Shown here: positions 9,575-20,392 of the stretch, in pieces | Numbering within the stretch: position 1 is the stretch's first letter | Layout: each line of letters starts with the position of its first letter | Assembly (NCBI GenBank): GCA_963764725.1 | Contig: CAVXTM010000010.1 | Span: 96,001-160,000, forward strand | Direction of reading: 5' to 3' | Length of the DNA stretch: 64,000 nucleotides | From: an uncultured Gammaproteobacteria bacterium | Lineage (GTDB): Bacteria; Pseudomonadota; Gammaproteobacteria; JACCXJ01 | Translations under genes and position numbers: made by a program | Notes under the pieces: model-generated | The model's database searches: none | Told to the model about the DNA's origin: nothing | Seen by the model: the letters and a program-made list of their open reading frames with translations, nothing else

Positions 9575-10792
9575 CTAGGGTTTTGGCGGGAGAACATCTT
9601 TGATCGCCTCGAGGCGTAAGCGTCCGATCTCGCTGCCCAAGGCCCCGCCCGTGAGTCCCTGAGCGATGAGATCGCGAGCATCGACAGACTGCGCCGCACG
9701 CAACGCCCGGCGCAGGTACTCCGGCTGAGGGTAAGCGCGATCCTCGAGCCCGGTGCGCCCGCGGGCATCGGCTTCGCAGGCCGTGAGGAATTGCTCGAAG
9801 CGCTCCGGCCTTCGGAAGGCATCCAGGGCCTCGAGGGCCGTTAGCAAGGTCGCGGGCCGAAGCTCAAGGGCATGGTGACAATGGCTGTGATAGCGCGCGA
9901 CCAGCACGGCGAGATCGCGGTAGTCATTGGGGATGCGGTAGCGCTGGCAGAAGTCAAAAATGATCTCAGCGCCGCGTTCCTCGTGACCGCGGTGATGCGG
10001 CCATTGCTCTTGAGGGGTCGTCCCTTTCCCGAGATCGTGCACCAAGGTGGCAAAGCGCACGCGCGGATCTTCGCTCAAGCGCGCGGCCTGGTCTAGCACC
10101 AACATCACATGCAATCCCGTGTCGATTTCGGGGTGGTGGCGCGGCGGTTGCGGCACGCCGAAGAGCCGTTCGATCTCGGGAAAGAGCACAACGAGGGCGC
10201 CGCAGGTCCGTAGCGTATCGAAAAATAGGCGCGGTCGGGGCTCGGCGAGGGCACGGTCGAGCTCCGCCCACACCCGCTCCGGAACCAAGGCTTCGGTTTC
10301 CCCGGCCGCGACCATCTCGCGCATGAGCGCCAGCGTTTCCTCGGCGATCCCAAAACCGAAACGCGCAGCGAAGCGGGCGACTCTCAAGATGCGCACGGGA
10401 TCCTCGGCGAAGGCGGGCGAGACATGTCGGAGGATCCCGCGTTCCAGATCCGCGCGCCCGCCGTACGGGTCGATGATGCTCCCGTCGATGTCTTCGGCCA
10501 TGGCGTTGATGGTCACATCGCGGCGTTCGAGATCGGCCTCCAAGGAAACCTCAGGCGAAGCATGGAACACGAACCCCTTGTAGCCGGGTCCGACCTTGCG
10601 TTCGGTGCGAGCGAGCGCGTATTCTTCGTGGGTCTGGGGGTGCAGAAAGACCGGGAAGTCCTTGCCAACCGGGCGATAACCAAGGGCTAGGAGATCTTGC
10701 GCCGTGGCGCCAATCACGACCCAATCACAGTCCGAGACCGAACGGCCGAGGAGCTTATCCCGGACCGCGCCGCCGACCTTGTAGACTTTCAC
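9575..10792 (-). CDS. cca: Multifunctional CCA tRNA nucleotidyltransferase (with HD domain)
   Basis: GTG start overlapping the upstream stop; [53 protein letters not shown]. Confidence 0.95.
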   Translation of the reverse strand: MKVYKVGGAVRDKLLGRSVSDCDWVVIGATAQDLLALGYRPVGKDFPVFLHPQTHEEYALARTERKVGPGYKGFVFHASPEVSLEADLERRDVTINAMAEDIDGSIIDPYGGRADLERGILRHVSPAFAEDPVRILRVARFAARFGFGIAEETLALMREMVAAGETEALVPERVWAELDRALAEPRPRLFFDTLRTCGALVVLFPEIERLFGVPQPPRHHPEIDTGLHVMLVLDQAARLSEDPRVRFATLVHDLGKGTTPQEQWPHHRGHEERGAEIIFDFCQRYRIPNDYRDLAVLVARYHSHCHHALELRPATLLTALEALDAFRRPERFEQFLTACEADARGRTGLEDRAYPQPEYLRRALRAAQSVDARDLIAQGLTGGALGSEIGRLRLEAIKDVLPPKP

Positions 10793-11757
10793 CGCCGCCG
10801 TGCGAATGTTCGCAAGATCCGATAGCGCGCCCGCTGATGCCGCTTTTGCAGATACGCCGGGACCACCGCTTCGATCGCAACCGGATCGATACCCAAGGCC
10901 GCGAGCCCGCTCTCGCCCTGGCACACGCTCGGGACCTGCAGCGAGCGGTAATTATCCAAGGACATGGGCTTCCCCGGGATCTGTTCCAAGACCTGGGCCT
11001 GAAGATACGAGATTCTCTCGTTTAGCGGTATGATGCGGCGGCGTAGATGCAGGCACGTAGCTGTATATGAGACCAGCCTCTGCAGGGTGTATTCCTTCGG
11101 TCCGCAGAGATCATAGCGCCGTCCCGCCGTTGCCGGGTCCTCTAGCGCCCGCATGAAAGCCTCCACGACGTTGGTGACGTAGACCGGGGCAAACCGCGAT
11201 CGCGGGCACGCCAGAGGAAAGAAATAGGGGCTGAGCCGTAGCAACTGGGCGAAACGATTGAAGAAGCTATCGTCGGGGCCGAAGATCACCGAGGGCCGGA
11301 AGCTCGTGATCCGTAACCCCTTTCCGGCTGCCTGATGCACCAGATCCTCGGCCTCGCCTTTGGTCTTGAGGTAGTGGCTGGGACCGACTGTCGCGTCCGC
11401 ATTGAGCGCGCTCATGTGCAAGAGGCAGTGGACAGGATTGCTCCGGCAGGCTTCCACGACTTGACGCGCCAGATCGACGTGGGCATGGCGGAAGCCGCTA
11501 CCATCGTCGCCGCGCTCGTTGAGAATACCGACGAGGTTGATGACCGCATCGCACCCTGCAAGCTGGCGTGTCAGCTCGGCGGGATCGTGTACATCACTCT
11601 CGATGAGATCCAAGGTCGGGATCACGAGCAGCTCGCGGTGCCGTTCCCGCCGCCGGGTGAGCACGCGGATGCGGTAGTCTTGCCCGCCCAGGGCATTGAC
11701 GAGATGGCGTCCGACGAAGCCGGTGCCCCCAAGGATGGCAATGGTTTTGATGATCAT
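10789..11757 (-). CDS. Complex I NDUFA9-family NAD-dependent epimerase/dehydratase
   Basis: GGTGFVG Rossmann motif, [24 protein letters not shown]; typical slt-NDUFA9-cca context. Confidence 0.9.
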   Translation of the reverse strand: MIIKTIAILGGTGFVGRHLVNALGGQDYRIRVLTRRRERHRELLVIPTLDLIESDVHDPAELTRQLAGCDAVINLVGILNERGDDGSGFRHAHVDLARQVVEACRSNPVHCLLHMSALNADATVGPSHYLKTKGEAEDLVHQAAGKGLRITSFRPSVIFGPDDSFFNRFAQLLRLSPYFFPLACPRSRFAPVYVTNVVEAFMRALEDPATAGRRYDLCGPKEYTLQRLVSYTATCLHLRRRIIPLNERISYLQAQVLEQIPGKPMSLDNYRSLQVPSVCQGESGLAALGIDPVAIEAVVPAYLQKRHQRARYRILRTFARRR

Positions 11758-11775
11758 AGCTTAACCGTAATTCTG

Positions 11776-11889
11776 AATACCCCGCCGTTTACGGTGGGCA
11801 CTTTAGCATTGAGGTTTCCAAAGGGGAGTAGTGCAACTCTCCTCTTTGGTCACGGGCGGTTCATACCCCGTCCGCGAAGTATATTGATT
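11776..11889 (+). repeat. Palindromic repeat family A, copy 1 (overlaps slt 3' end)
   Basis: CCAAAGGGGAG...CTCCTCTTTGG hairpin plus terminal TATATTGA, matching 56775-56902 and 13057-13149. Confidence 0.75.
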
Positions 11890-13980
11890 ACCTTTGGTTG
11901 CAGCGGCGCAGGTGATTCGCGTCGTGGCGGTTCCCCCGCGCGGGGACACCGCCGCAAGCCGCTCGCTAATAGGCTTCACCCGCCTTCCCATACGCCACTC
12001 GTAGAGCACGGTGTAGAATAGCGCATTGCGCACGTAGCGGTGCGTTTCCATATAGGGTATCGTCTCCACCCACAGTTCGGCGTTTTGGCAACCCACTTGC
12101 GGCCGCCAGCGTTCGACCTTCCCGGGGCCTGCGTTGTAGGCGGCCGCCGCCATAACCAGGTTGCCATTGAAGCGCGTCAGCATCTGGTGTAAATAGCGGC
12201 TGCCGAGTGCGATGTTGGTCTTGGGATCATAAAGCTTGACATCCGCTGTTAAGGGCATACCCAGGTCTTTCGCTACCAGCCTTCCCGTGCTCGGGAGCAC
12301 TTGCATGAGGCCGACCGCCCCCGCCGTCGAGCGCGCCTGATCAAAAAACGCGCTTTCCGCGCGCATGATACTGTAAAGGATAGCAGGTTCCAGGTTAAAT
12401 CGCGCCGCGCTCTCGGACACCCACGACGCATAGGGCGTCGGAAAGCGAAAATCGAGATCATCGTAGGCTTTGACCTTCCCGAGCGCGAAGATCACCCGGT
12501 CGTGCCAGCCCCACTCATGGGCGATGGCGGCCGCGGCGGGAACTGCGGAATCGGGCAGGTGATTCACCGCGTAAGTCCATTCGCTGCGCGCTTCCCGCGG
12601 GTATCCGGCGAGCCGCAGCTCACGGGCGCGCACCATGCCCGGCCGTGATCGCATGCGCGCGTCTTCTGTTGTCGAGAGCCGAGTCGGCCGATGGCCGAAC
12701 CGATAGGGCAGGCCCAGCCTATCGGCCGCCGCGAAACCATAATAGTCGCGTTCGGCCGCCAGTTCTTGGAATAGCCCGCGTGCCGCGGGCGCGTGTCCGG
12801 TGGACTCCAAGGCACGGGCACGCCAATAGCGCCAGCGCAAGGGATCCATGTCCCCGACCGCCTCGCGTTCGGTCCAACGCGCGAGATCGGGCCACGCCCC
12901 GGTTGCGATCGCCAAGCGTAACTGGGCGCGCTGGACCTGCCCATCCACGACGCTAGGGTCGATCGAATACAGCCAGGCAAACGCCTGCGGCAGACGTTGA
13001 TCGGCGGCGGCCAAACCGAGACTGCGCTCGATCCGCCCGGTGAGCGGATCGCCAGAAGTCAATTTAGACCAAAGGGGAGAGCTGCACCTCTCCCCTTTGG
13101 AAACCTCATCGCTAGGGTCCCCGCGGCAAGACCGCGGGGAATAGATTTTGAAGCGCGGCGCAAACCGTCTCCAAGCCGCATAAGCCTGCTCGGCGTCGGT
13201 GCGCGCCAACCGGGCAATGCCATGCGCGATGATCTCGCGGGCCATCGGGTGGTCGTACTTGAAGTCCTCGCTTGCCAACGCCTTGGCCGGATCGTCATGG
13301 CTGGCGATCCAGAGCGTGACCCAAGGTCGCTCGGTCGGTGATAACCCGTCACCAAGATAGGCGGCAAGGCGCGTCTCACCGGCCGCCATCGCCAGCCGGA
13401 TCCGCTGCCAAATCAAATCCTCGGTCCAAAGACCGCTCTTGCTCAAGACAGCGAACGCCGGATCGCATTCCGTAGGCCGTGGAGCCGCGCTCAGCCACAG
13501 TTGTTTGATTTGCTCCAGCACGGCGTTGTCCGGTCCCTGCTGCAGGCGGGCCGTAGCGTAGTGACACTGCAACACCGAATCTTCCTGGACTGCATAAAAC
13601 GCCAGGTAGCCGGGCCAATCGCCCCTCAAGGCAAGCGTGCGCAGCCAGGCGGTACGCAGTAGTGCGGCGACGGGGGTTTCGGAATAGGCCTTCAGAAACG
13701 CGCGGACTTCTTGGGGTGCGGCTTGCGCGAGGCGCGGGCGCAGATAGTCGTAGTGCAGGTAGGGATAAAGGGCGTAATTCTCGAGGCCTGGCGCCAGCGC
13801 GCGATAAGCTTGGAGATCCCCCGCGTGTAGGGCCTCGCGCGCGCGGCGGAAACTTTCGCGCTTGCCGCTCAACTCATCCACCCGCGATCCTGCGTAGGTC
13901 GGGCCGAGCGCGCACAAAAGCGAGACGGCAATCCAACCGAACACTGGCAAAGGTGCGAGGCGACGCGAGTGCGCTGACAT
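11803..13980 (-). CDS. slt: Soluble lytic murein transglycosylase (Slt70-like)
   Basis: N-terminal hydrophobic signal; RYWRARALE, RDYYGF, IMRAESAF (catalytic Glu), GLMQVLP, AAAYNAGPG, ETIPYMET. Confidence 0.92.
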   Translation of the reverse strand: MSAHSRRLAPLPVFGWIAVSLLCALGPTYAGSRVDELSGKRESFRRAREALHAGDLQAYRALAPGLENYALYPYLHYDYLRPRLAQAAPQEVRAFLKAYSETPVAALLRTAWLRTLALRGDWPGYLAFYAVQEDSVLQCHYATARLQQGPDNAVLEQIKQLWLSAAPRPTECDPAFAVLSKSGLWTEDLIWQRIRLAMAAGETRLAAYLGDGLSPTERPWVTLWIASHDDPAKALASEDFKYDHPMAREIIAHGIARLARTDAEQAYAAWRRFAPRFKIYSPRSCRGDPSDEVSKGERCSSPLWSKLTSGDPLTGRIERSLGLAAADQRLPQAFAWLYSIDPSVVDGQVQRAQLRLAIATGAWPDLARWTEREAVGDMDPLRWRYWRARALESTGHAPAARGLFQELAAERDYYGFAAADRLGLPYRFGHRPTRLSTTEDARMRSRPGMVRARELRLAGYPREARSEWTYAVNHLPDSAVPAAAAIAHEWGWHDRVIFALGKVKAYDDLDFRFPTPYASWVSESAARFNLEPAILYSIMRAESAFFDQARSTAGAVGLMQVLPSTGRLVAKDLGMPLTADVKLYDPKTNIALGSRYLHQMLTRFNGNLVMAAAAYNAGPGKVERWRPQVGCQNAELWVETIPYMETHRYVRNALFYTVLYEWRMGRRVKPISERLAAVSPRGGTATTRITCAAATKGNQYTSRTGYEPPVTKEESCTTPLWKPQC
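13057..13149 (-). repeat. Palindromic repeat family A, copy 2, in-frame inside slt
   Basis: 93 bp, AAAATCTATTCCCCGCGGTCTTGCCGCGGGGACC...CCAAAGGGGAGAGG...CCCCTTTGG...TTGACT; near-identical to intergenic 56775-56902. Confidence 0.85.
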
Positions 13981-14461
13981 GGGCCGCAGATTGTCCTTGG
14001 AAACCCAGGACGTTGCAATTTCCGTGAACGACATGTTGGCTTCTCGAATCCCAGGTCGTCACCGATCGAAGCTGCTCATCCTGTTCTGCCTCGCCGACGC
14101 GCGTGAAGGGTACTTTGAAGGCTTGGCAGAGCTCACCCGCGACGGTCGGCAGCCAACGCACGAGGGTCTCGTGGAATTGATGCGGAAATTTGATCAATAC
14201 CTGATTCCTGGTCCTAGTCCGACTTAAAGCGCTGTTGCTGGTCATGGTCGGTGGACCTCTGTTACCATCGCCAAGCCATTTCGGCGACGTTGATGACCGG
14301 CTCGCACCGCTCCGGGCCTGGTTAAGACCCATTCCTCCGGCCAGTGGCGCGCTGAAGGACCGGGAGGTCCATTCGATAGGAAGCGCTTCCTGAGGCCAAT
14401 ACCAGAGGGATGCGGTCCAGGTTGCGGTGGTTGGCCGAGCTGACCCTTAAAGAGTACCGAT

Positions 14462-15166
14462 ATGATTTCCGGGAATCTGGCGGATTTCGAGCGCTTGTTC
14501 GAGCTTGCGCCTTACGCCTTGGTCATGTTCGAGCCTCAAGGCAGGATCGTGCTGGTCAGCGCCAAGGCCGAGGAGATCTTTGGATACCGCCGTGACGACT
14601 TAATGAGCTTGACTATTGACGTCCTTCTACCAGAACTCATCCAGCGCCCACCCCCCGAGGCACGAAAAGAGCACCTTGATCGGCTCCAGCCTGACATGAG
14701 CGCGAAGGAGCCCGAGCAGGAACTCTACGCGAGGCGTAAGAACGAGAGTGAGATCGCTGTGGCAGTTTCGTTGGATCGGGTCGAAGTCGACGGGAATACC
14801 CTTATCCTAGCCCTCATCCGGGGCACCGCCGAGCGCAGCCTAGCAGAGGAGGATGTACTTAACATCGCCCAGGGAGTTTCCGCTGCGGCCGGTGAAACGT
14901 TCTTTGATTCATTGGTCGGGCATCTTGCCAGAGCCTTGCAAGCTGATCATGCCTTCATCGCCGAGCTCATGGAAAACGACCTCGAGCGGGTAAGAACCAT
15001 CGCCGTATGCGCCCAGGGCAAGATCGTGGATAACTTTGAATACGATTTAACCCACACCCCCTGCAGACAGGTGGTGAGCGAGAGTTTGTGCTCATACCCG
15101 AGCGGCGTGCAGCGATTGTATCCTGAGGATCGCCCACGCGGAGGCCACGATGCAAAGACGATTTGA
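14462..15166 (+). pseudogene. Truncated PAS + GAF sensor protein
   Basis: PAS (GRIVLVS...EEIFGY...IDVLLP) then GAF (GETFFDSLVGHLA...YDLTHTPC...YPSGVQRLYP), broken off where the AhpD gene begins; no output domain. Confidence 0.7.
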
Positions 15167-15617
15167 ATACCACAAGGCAGCGCCGGGCGCCATGCGAGCG
15201 ATGGTTTCGCTCCAAAAGTACGTAGAGGAGTCGGGTCTCGAGCGCATCCTGCTGGAGCTGGTCAAGACGCGGGCCTCCCAGATCAACGGCTGCGCCTACT
15301 GTATCGATATGCATACCAAGGATGCGCGGGCCTTGGGTGAGAGCGAGCAGCGGCTCTACGGGCTTCCTGCCTGGCGCGAGACGCCGTTCTACACGGAGCG
15401 GGAGCGAGCCGCGCTGGCCTGGACGGAGGCGATCACGCTCATCAGTCAGGGGCACGCGCCGGATGAGGTGTTCGAGCAGGCGCGTACCCAATTCACGGAA
15501 GAAGAGCTGGTCAAATTGACGCTGGCGATCATCGCCATCAACGGCTGGAACCGATTGACCATCGCTTTCCGGGAAGTGCCTGGCACATACCAGCTTCAAG
15601 GCAGCGGCAACAAGTAA
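15150..15617 (+). CDS. Carboxymuconolactone decarboxylase/AhpD-family protein
   Basis: LVKTRASQINGCAYCIDMH CxxC motif; ERAALAWTEA; INGWNR. Confidence 0.92.
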   Translation: MQRRFEYHKAAPGAMRAMVSLQKYVEESGLERILLELVKTRASQINGCAYCIDMHTKDARALGESEQRLYGLPAWRETPFYTERERAALAWTEAITLISQGHAPDEVFEQARTQFTEEELVKLTLAIIAINGWNRLTIAFREVPGTYQLQGSGNK

Positions 15618-15660
15618 GCGCCCAAGGTACTAATCGCATGAATAAACGAAGGAGGTGAAC

Positions 15661-15760
15661 ATGAGCAGAACGCAGAGTCCAATCCGGACCCCGGGTTACA
15701 CCTACGGCACGTCGGCAGTGGCCAAGTCGCCGCTCAGCGAGCAGGACTTCGATCTGCAAG
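15661..15760 (+). pseudogene. Protoglobin N-terminal remnant
   Basis: Strong RBS (AAGGAGGT) and ATG, then in a shifted frame PGYTYGTSAVAKSPLSEQDFDL, resembling the protoglobin N-terminus (IPGYTYG); the rest is absent. Confidence 0.45.
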
Positions 15761-15878
15761 CGCTGTGGCGGTTGAACCTGAAGGAATATTGTCCAAGGCC
15801 TGCATAGCTTAACGCAACATATAACATATATTTAGACACACTGACCCCACTCGCGGGCGACAAATTGAGAGGTATGGT

Positions 15879-16634
15879 ATGAAAATCGTTGTAATTGGTG
15901 GCACCGGGCTCATCGGAACAAAGCTCGTGAACAAACTTCGTCGGAGCGGCCATGAGGTAGTGGCGGCGTCGCCCGCCTCGGGCGTCAACACCATCACTGG
16001 TGAGGGGCTGGCTGAAGCGCTTGCAGGTGCGCAGGTTGTCGTCGACGTGGCGAACTCGCCGTCGTTCGAGGACAAGGCAGTTTTGGAATTCTTCGAGACG
16101 TCAGGTCGTAACCTTCTTGCCGCGGAAGCCGCCGCTGGCGTGGGACATCACGTTGCGCTGTCGGTTGTCGGCACCGATCGCCTTCTGGCGAGTGGTTACT
16201 TCCGCGCAAAGATGGCCCAGGAAAACCTGATCAAGGCGTCCAAGATTCCCTACACGATCGTCCGTTCAACGCAGTTCTTCGAGTTCGTGAGCGGCCATCG
16301 CGGATTCTCCACCGACGGGCAAACGGTTCGCTTGTCACCTGCCCTTTTGCAGCCCATCGTGTCGGATGACGTCGCTGATGCCCTGGCCGACATCGCAGTC
16401 GGGAGACCGGTGAACGGCACGGTCGAGGTGGCCGGTCCCGAACGGATACGTCTCGACGAACTCGTCGGACGATTCCTGCGCGCAACCCAGGATCCGCGCG
16501 AGGTGGTCACAGATGTCCACGCACGCTACTACGGCATAGAGTTGAACGATCAATCCCTCACCCCCGGCGACAACCCACGCATCGCCCCGACGCATTTCGA
16601 GGACTGGCTCAGCCGATCCATACCTCAAAAGTAA
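15879..16634 (+). CDS. NmrA-like/atypical SDR NAD(P)-binding oxidoreductase
   Basis: MKIVVIGGTGLIG; HHVALSVVG; GYFRAK; RSTQFFEF. Confidence 0.9.
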   Translation: MKIVVIGGTGLIGTKLVNKLRRSGHEVVAASPASGVNTITGEGLAEALAGAQVVVDVANSPSFEDKAVLEFFETSGRNLLAAEAAAGVGHHVALSVVGTDRLLASGYFRAKMAQENLIKASKIPYTIVRSTQFFEFVSGHRGFSTDGQTVRLSPALLQPIVSDDVADALADIAVGRPVNGTVEVAGPERIRLDELVGRFLRATQDPREVVTDVHARYYGIELNDQSLTPGDNPRIAPTHFEDWLSRSIPQK

Positions 16635-16727
16635 GTCAGCGAGGCAGGGTCGGTGCCCAGATCAAGTCGTCCGCCGTCATACGGTGGATTTGTATCCACG
16701 AATTTGTATCAACGAAGGAGAACACAA

Positions 16728-17159
16728 ATGTTCACTAGATTTCTCTGCGGAGTTGCCTTCGCAGCTCTCTCCGTAAGCGCAGCTTCAGCCGATGACTTGT
16801 CTACTGTACTGATAAGTACTGATAAGTCCAGGGTAACGCTGGTCTTTGATCGCGCCCTTCCGAATGTGCCCGGCAAGAGCATGAAAGGCGTGCTTGTCGA
16901 ATACCAGCCGGGCGGCTCAAATCCCGCGCATACTCATCCAGACTCGGCTTTCATCTATGCAACGGTCCTGGAGGGTGCAATTCGTAGCAAAGTCAATGAC
17001 GGTCCGGAAAAGGTGTATCACGCCGGCGAGAGCTGGGCCGAAGTACCTGGCGATCATCATGTCGTCAGCGCAAATGACAGTAACACTCACCCCGCACGCC
17101 TGCTGGCCGTCTTTGTCGTCGATACCGACGAAAAGAACCTAGTCAGGAACGACAAATAG
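16728..17159 (+). CDS. Secreted cupin-domain protein
   Basis: Signal peptide; PGGSNPAHTHP...YATVLEG...GESWAE.PGDHH cupin motifs. Confidence 0.88.
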   Translation: MFTRFLCGVAFAALSVSAASADDLSTVLISTDKSRVTLVFDRALPNVPGKSMKGVLVEYQPGGSNPAHTHPDSAFIYATVLEGAIRSKVNDGPEKVYHAGESWAEVPGDHHVVSANDSNTHPARLLAVFVVDTDEKNLVRNDK

Positions 17160-17285
17160 TGAGACGAAAAATCGCACATTAGATCGCGATGAAGCTGTCG
17201 CTCGACCATTGGATAGGCAAGCGCTACTTCGGGTCATGACCCCATGTCGTCCAGACAACCTATCAATTCAAGAGGAGGAGCCAAC

Positions 17286-18068
17286 ATGCTCACAGCAAAA
17301 GTGGCATTGATTACGGGTTCCACCAGCGGTATCGGTCTCGGTATCGCCCGTGGTTTAGCACAGTCCGGAGCCCACATTGTGTTGAACGGCTTCGGGGATC
17401 GCTCGGAAATCGAAGAGCTACGGGCAGGGATCCAAGCCGCCTCGGATGTCGAGGTGATCTACAACGCCGCCGACATGAGCAAGCCCGACGAGATCGTCGA
17501 GATGATCACTGAGACCCAGAAGACTCTCGGCAGCCTGGACATCGTCGTGAACAACGCCGGGATCCAGAAGGTCGCCCCCATCGAGGAATTTCCAGTGGAC
17601 AAGTGGGATGCGATCATCGCCATCAATCTCTCCTCGGCGTTTCACACCATCCGCACCGCGATCCCGTTCATGAAGGCGCGGGGCTGGGGCCGCATCGTCA
17701 ACATCGGCTCCGCCCATAGCCTGGTCGCCTCGCCGTTCAAGTCGGCCTATGTCGCGGCCAAGCACGGGATGGTGGGACTCACCAAGACCGTGGCGCTGGA
17801 GGTCGCGGAGGCCGGGATCACCTGCAATGTGATCTGCCCGGGCTACGTCAGGACGCCGCTGGTCGAAGGCCAGATCCGGGATACCGCCAAGGTGCGGGGC
17901 ATCACCGAGGAACAGGTGATCCGGGAGGTGATGCTGGGCGAACAGCCCACCAAGAAGTTCGTGACCGTGGAGGAGCTAGGCGCCCTCACCGTGTTCTTGT
18001 GCAGCGATGAGGCGGCTTCCATCACCGGGACAGCCATCCCCGTTGATGGCGGATGGACTGCCCACTAA
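17286..18068 (+). CDS. bdhA: D-3-hydroxybutyrate dehydrogenase
   Basis: TGSTSGIG, LNGFG, NNAGIQ, SAHSLVASPFKSAYVAAKHG, ICPGYVRTPLVEGQI. Confidence 0.92.
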   Translation: MLTAKVALITGSTSGIGLGIARGLAQSGAHIVLNGFGDRSEIEELRAGIQAASDVEVIYNAADMSKPDEIVEMITETQKTLGSLDIVVNNAGIQKVAPIEEFPVDKWDAIIAINLSSAFHTIRTAIPFMKARGWGRIVNIGSAHSLVASPFKSAYVAAKHGMVGLTKTVALEVAEAGITCNVICPGYVRTPLVEGQIRDTAKVRGITEEQVIREVMLGEQPTKKFVTVEELGALTVFLCSDEAASITGTAIPVDGGWTAH

Positions 18069-18092
18069 AACGAGTATTCCTAGGAGAAGATC

Positions 18093-18913
18093 ATGAAACA
18101 CGACGACATCTTGAATCAGGCTTCCATGCCGATCGCGAGTCCGAGCTATCCGCGCGGGCCTTATCGCTTTATCGATAGGGAGTATTTCATCGTGACCTAT
18201 GAGTCCGACAGAGATGCCATCCGCGAGGCGGTGCCGGAACCGCTCGTACCCGATGGAGCCAACACCGTGCTTTATGAGTTCATCCGCATGCCGGACAGCT
18301 CCGGCTTCGGCGACTATACGGAATCCGGCATCGTCATCCCCTGCAGTTACGAGGGGGAGCACGTAAACTTCACGGCCCAGATGTATCTCGACTGCGAACC
18401 GCCCATCGCGGGCGGCCGCGAGATCTGGGGCTTTCCCAAGAAAGCATGCGAAACCGAAGACTCCACGTCGCCAGCGACACGCTCACGGGGACCCTTGAGT
18501 ACGCCGGGCAGATGGTGGCGCTGGGCACCATGGGCTACAAGCACGAGAACCTGATCTGCCCGCAGGGCAATCCCCTGGCCTGTGACCCCCGCGAGATCGT
18601 TGACAAGATGAGCAAGACCCAGGTGAACCTGAAGCTCATTCCGGAGGTCCATGGGTCGCTTGGGATCGCGCAGCTGGTCGCCTACAACCTGAGCGATATT
18701 CATGTCAAGGGGGCCTGGAGCGGACCGGCCCGCCTGCATCTCGTGCCCCACGTCAACGCGCCCGTCGCCGACCTGCCGGTGAGAAAGATCGTCGGCGGCA
18801 CGCATTTCGTTGCCGATCTGACCTTGCCCTATGGCCGGGTCCTCTACGACTATCTCGCGGCAGAGGCGCGTGTCACGGAGGCCGAGAAGACGGACGCAAG
18901 AAAGTACGGTTAA
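18093..18913 (+). CDS. adc: Acetoacetate decarboxylase, frameshifted at about 18445-18465
   Basis: [37 protein letters not shown] (Schiff-base Lys); continues in ORF 18446-18913 ([17 protein letters not shown]). Confidence 0.9.
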
Positions 18914-18968
18914 AACCTCAGCACGGGTGGGTTTGAATCCGCGCATCCCAAATCTAAAGGTGAAGCAC

Positions 18969-20258
18969 ATGGCAAAAGCAATGACGAAGACGGCCAATCT
19001 GGCCCTCCAGGCTGGATCCAAGCCACCGGCGCGGCCGGCTTCGTATGACAAGAAAGTTGCTCTCGTTCTGCAAGGTGGTGGCGCGCTCGGCAGCTACCAG
19101 GCGGGCGTGTACGAGGCGCTGGCCTCCTCCGAATATCTGCCGGATTGGGTGGCCGGTATCTCGATTGGCGCGATCAACGCGGCGATCATCGCTGGCAATG
19201 CGCCGGAGAACCGCGTCGCGCGTTTGCGCAGCTTCTGGGAGGAAATCACCGCGCCGACTGCGTGGTGGCCTTCCGATCTGAGCGGACCGCTAGCCGTTTG
19301 GCAACAAAAGGCAAGCGCGCTTTCAGCTCTGATGTTCGGCCAGCCCGGCTTTTTCGCTCCGTGCGCCCTGCAAGACTGGTTTTTACCGGAAAAACCCACG
19401 AGCTACTACAACACCAATGCGCTCAAGGGCACGCTGGGGCGGCTGGTCGATTTCGACCGCATCAACAACGCCAAGGAGACGCGCTTCAGCGTAGGAGCGG
19501 TGAATGTGCGTACCGGTCGCTTTGCTTATTTCGATAGCGAGGAAATCACCATCCGTCCAGAGCATGTGATGGCGAGTGGCGCGTTGCCGCCAGGCTTTCC
19601 TCCGATCGAGATCGATGGCGAGCATTATTGGGACGGCGGGTTGGTCTCAAACACGCCGCTGCAATACGTGCTGGACTATTATCCGCGCCGCAGTCGTCTA
19701 TGCTTTCAGGTCGACGTGTTCCAGGGCCGCGGCCACCTCCCGAAAAATCTCGAAGAGGTCAGCGAGCGGGAAAAAGATATCCGTTATTCCAGCCGGACGC
19801 GGGTCAATACCGACGCCTTCCGGCAAAAGCATGAGGTGCGTCATGCGATCAACGAACTGCACAAATTGCTGCCGCAGGAAATCGCCAGGACTGAACAGGC
19901 CAAGCGGCTCTATGCATTCGGCTGCGTCACCGAGATGGACATCGTCCAGCTCATCTTTCGGCCGTACGAACCTCAAGGCGCGTCGAAGGACTATGAGTTC
20001 AGCCGAGGCACAATGAAGGCCCGCTGGGAGCAGGGGATTTCCGATGCCTCCACCACACTGCGCGCCGCGCCATGGCTCGCACCGAAACCGAAGGAAGTCG
20101 GCGTGCGCGTGTTCGATGTGATGCACGACGTCCTTGTCAAAAAGAGCCGAGCAACGACTGAAGCGATGCCGACGGGTGGCGATCGAATGAACATGCGGCC
20201 AACGAGAGGACGCTCGTCAAAAGACCCGTTGGCGTTGGTCGAACAAGAATCAGCGTGA
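18969..20258 (+). CDS. Patatin-like phospholipase with DUF3734-type C-terminus
   Basis: LQGGGALG, GISIG, MASGALPP, YWDGGL, KDYEFSR motifs. Confidence 0.9.
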   Translation: MAKAMTKTANLALQAGSKPPARPASYDKKVALVLQGGGALGSYQAGVYEALASSEYLPDWVAGISIGAINAAIIAGNAPENRVARLRSFWEEITAPTAWWPSDLSGPLAVWQQKASALSALMFGQPGFFAPCALQDWFLPEKPTSYYNTNALKGTLGRLVDFDRINNAKETRFSVGAVNVRTGRFAYFDSEEITIRPEHVMASGALPPGFPPIEIDGEHYWDGGLVSNTPLQYVLDYYPRRSRLCFQVDVFQGRGHLPKNLEEVSEREKDIRYSSRTRVNTDAFRQKHEVRHAINELHKLLPQEIARTEQAKRLYAFGCVTEMDIVQLIFRPYEPQGASKDYEFSRGTMKARWEQGISDASTTLRAAPWLAPKPKEVGVRVFDVMHDVLVKKSRATTEAMPTGGDRMNMRPTRGRSSKDPLALVEQESA

Positions 20259-20392
20259 CAGGAGCCAAATTTCGTGGACGCCTCTGACGTGATCGAGAAC
20301 GCCTTCGCGGAGCAGTATGATGAATACGACACAGAGTAGCGCACAGGCGTATAGAAAAAGGTTAATGACCCGTTCACACAAGAGGAGAAATC

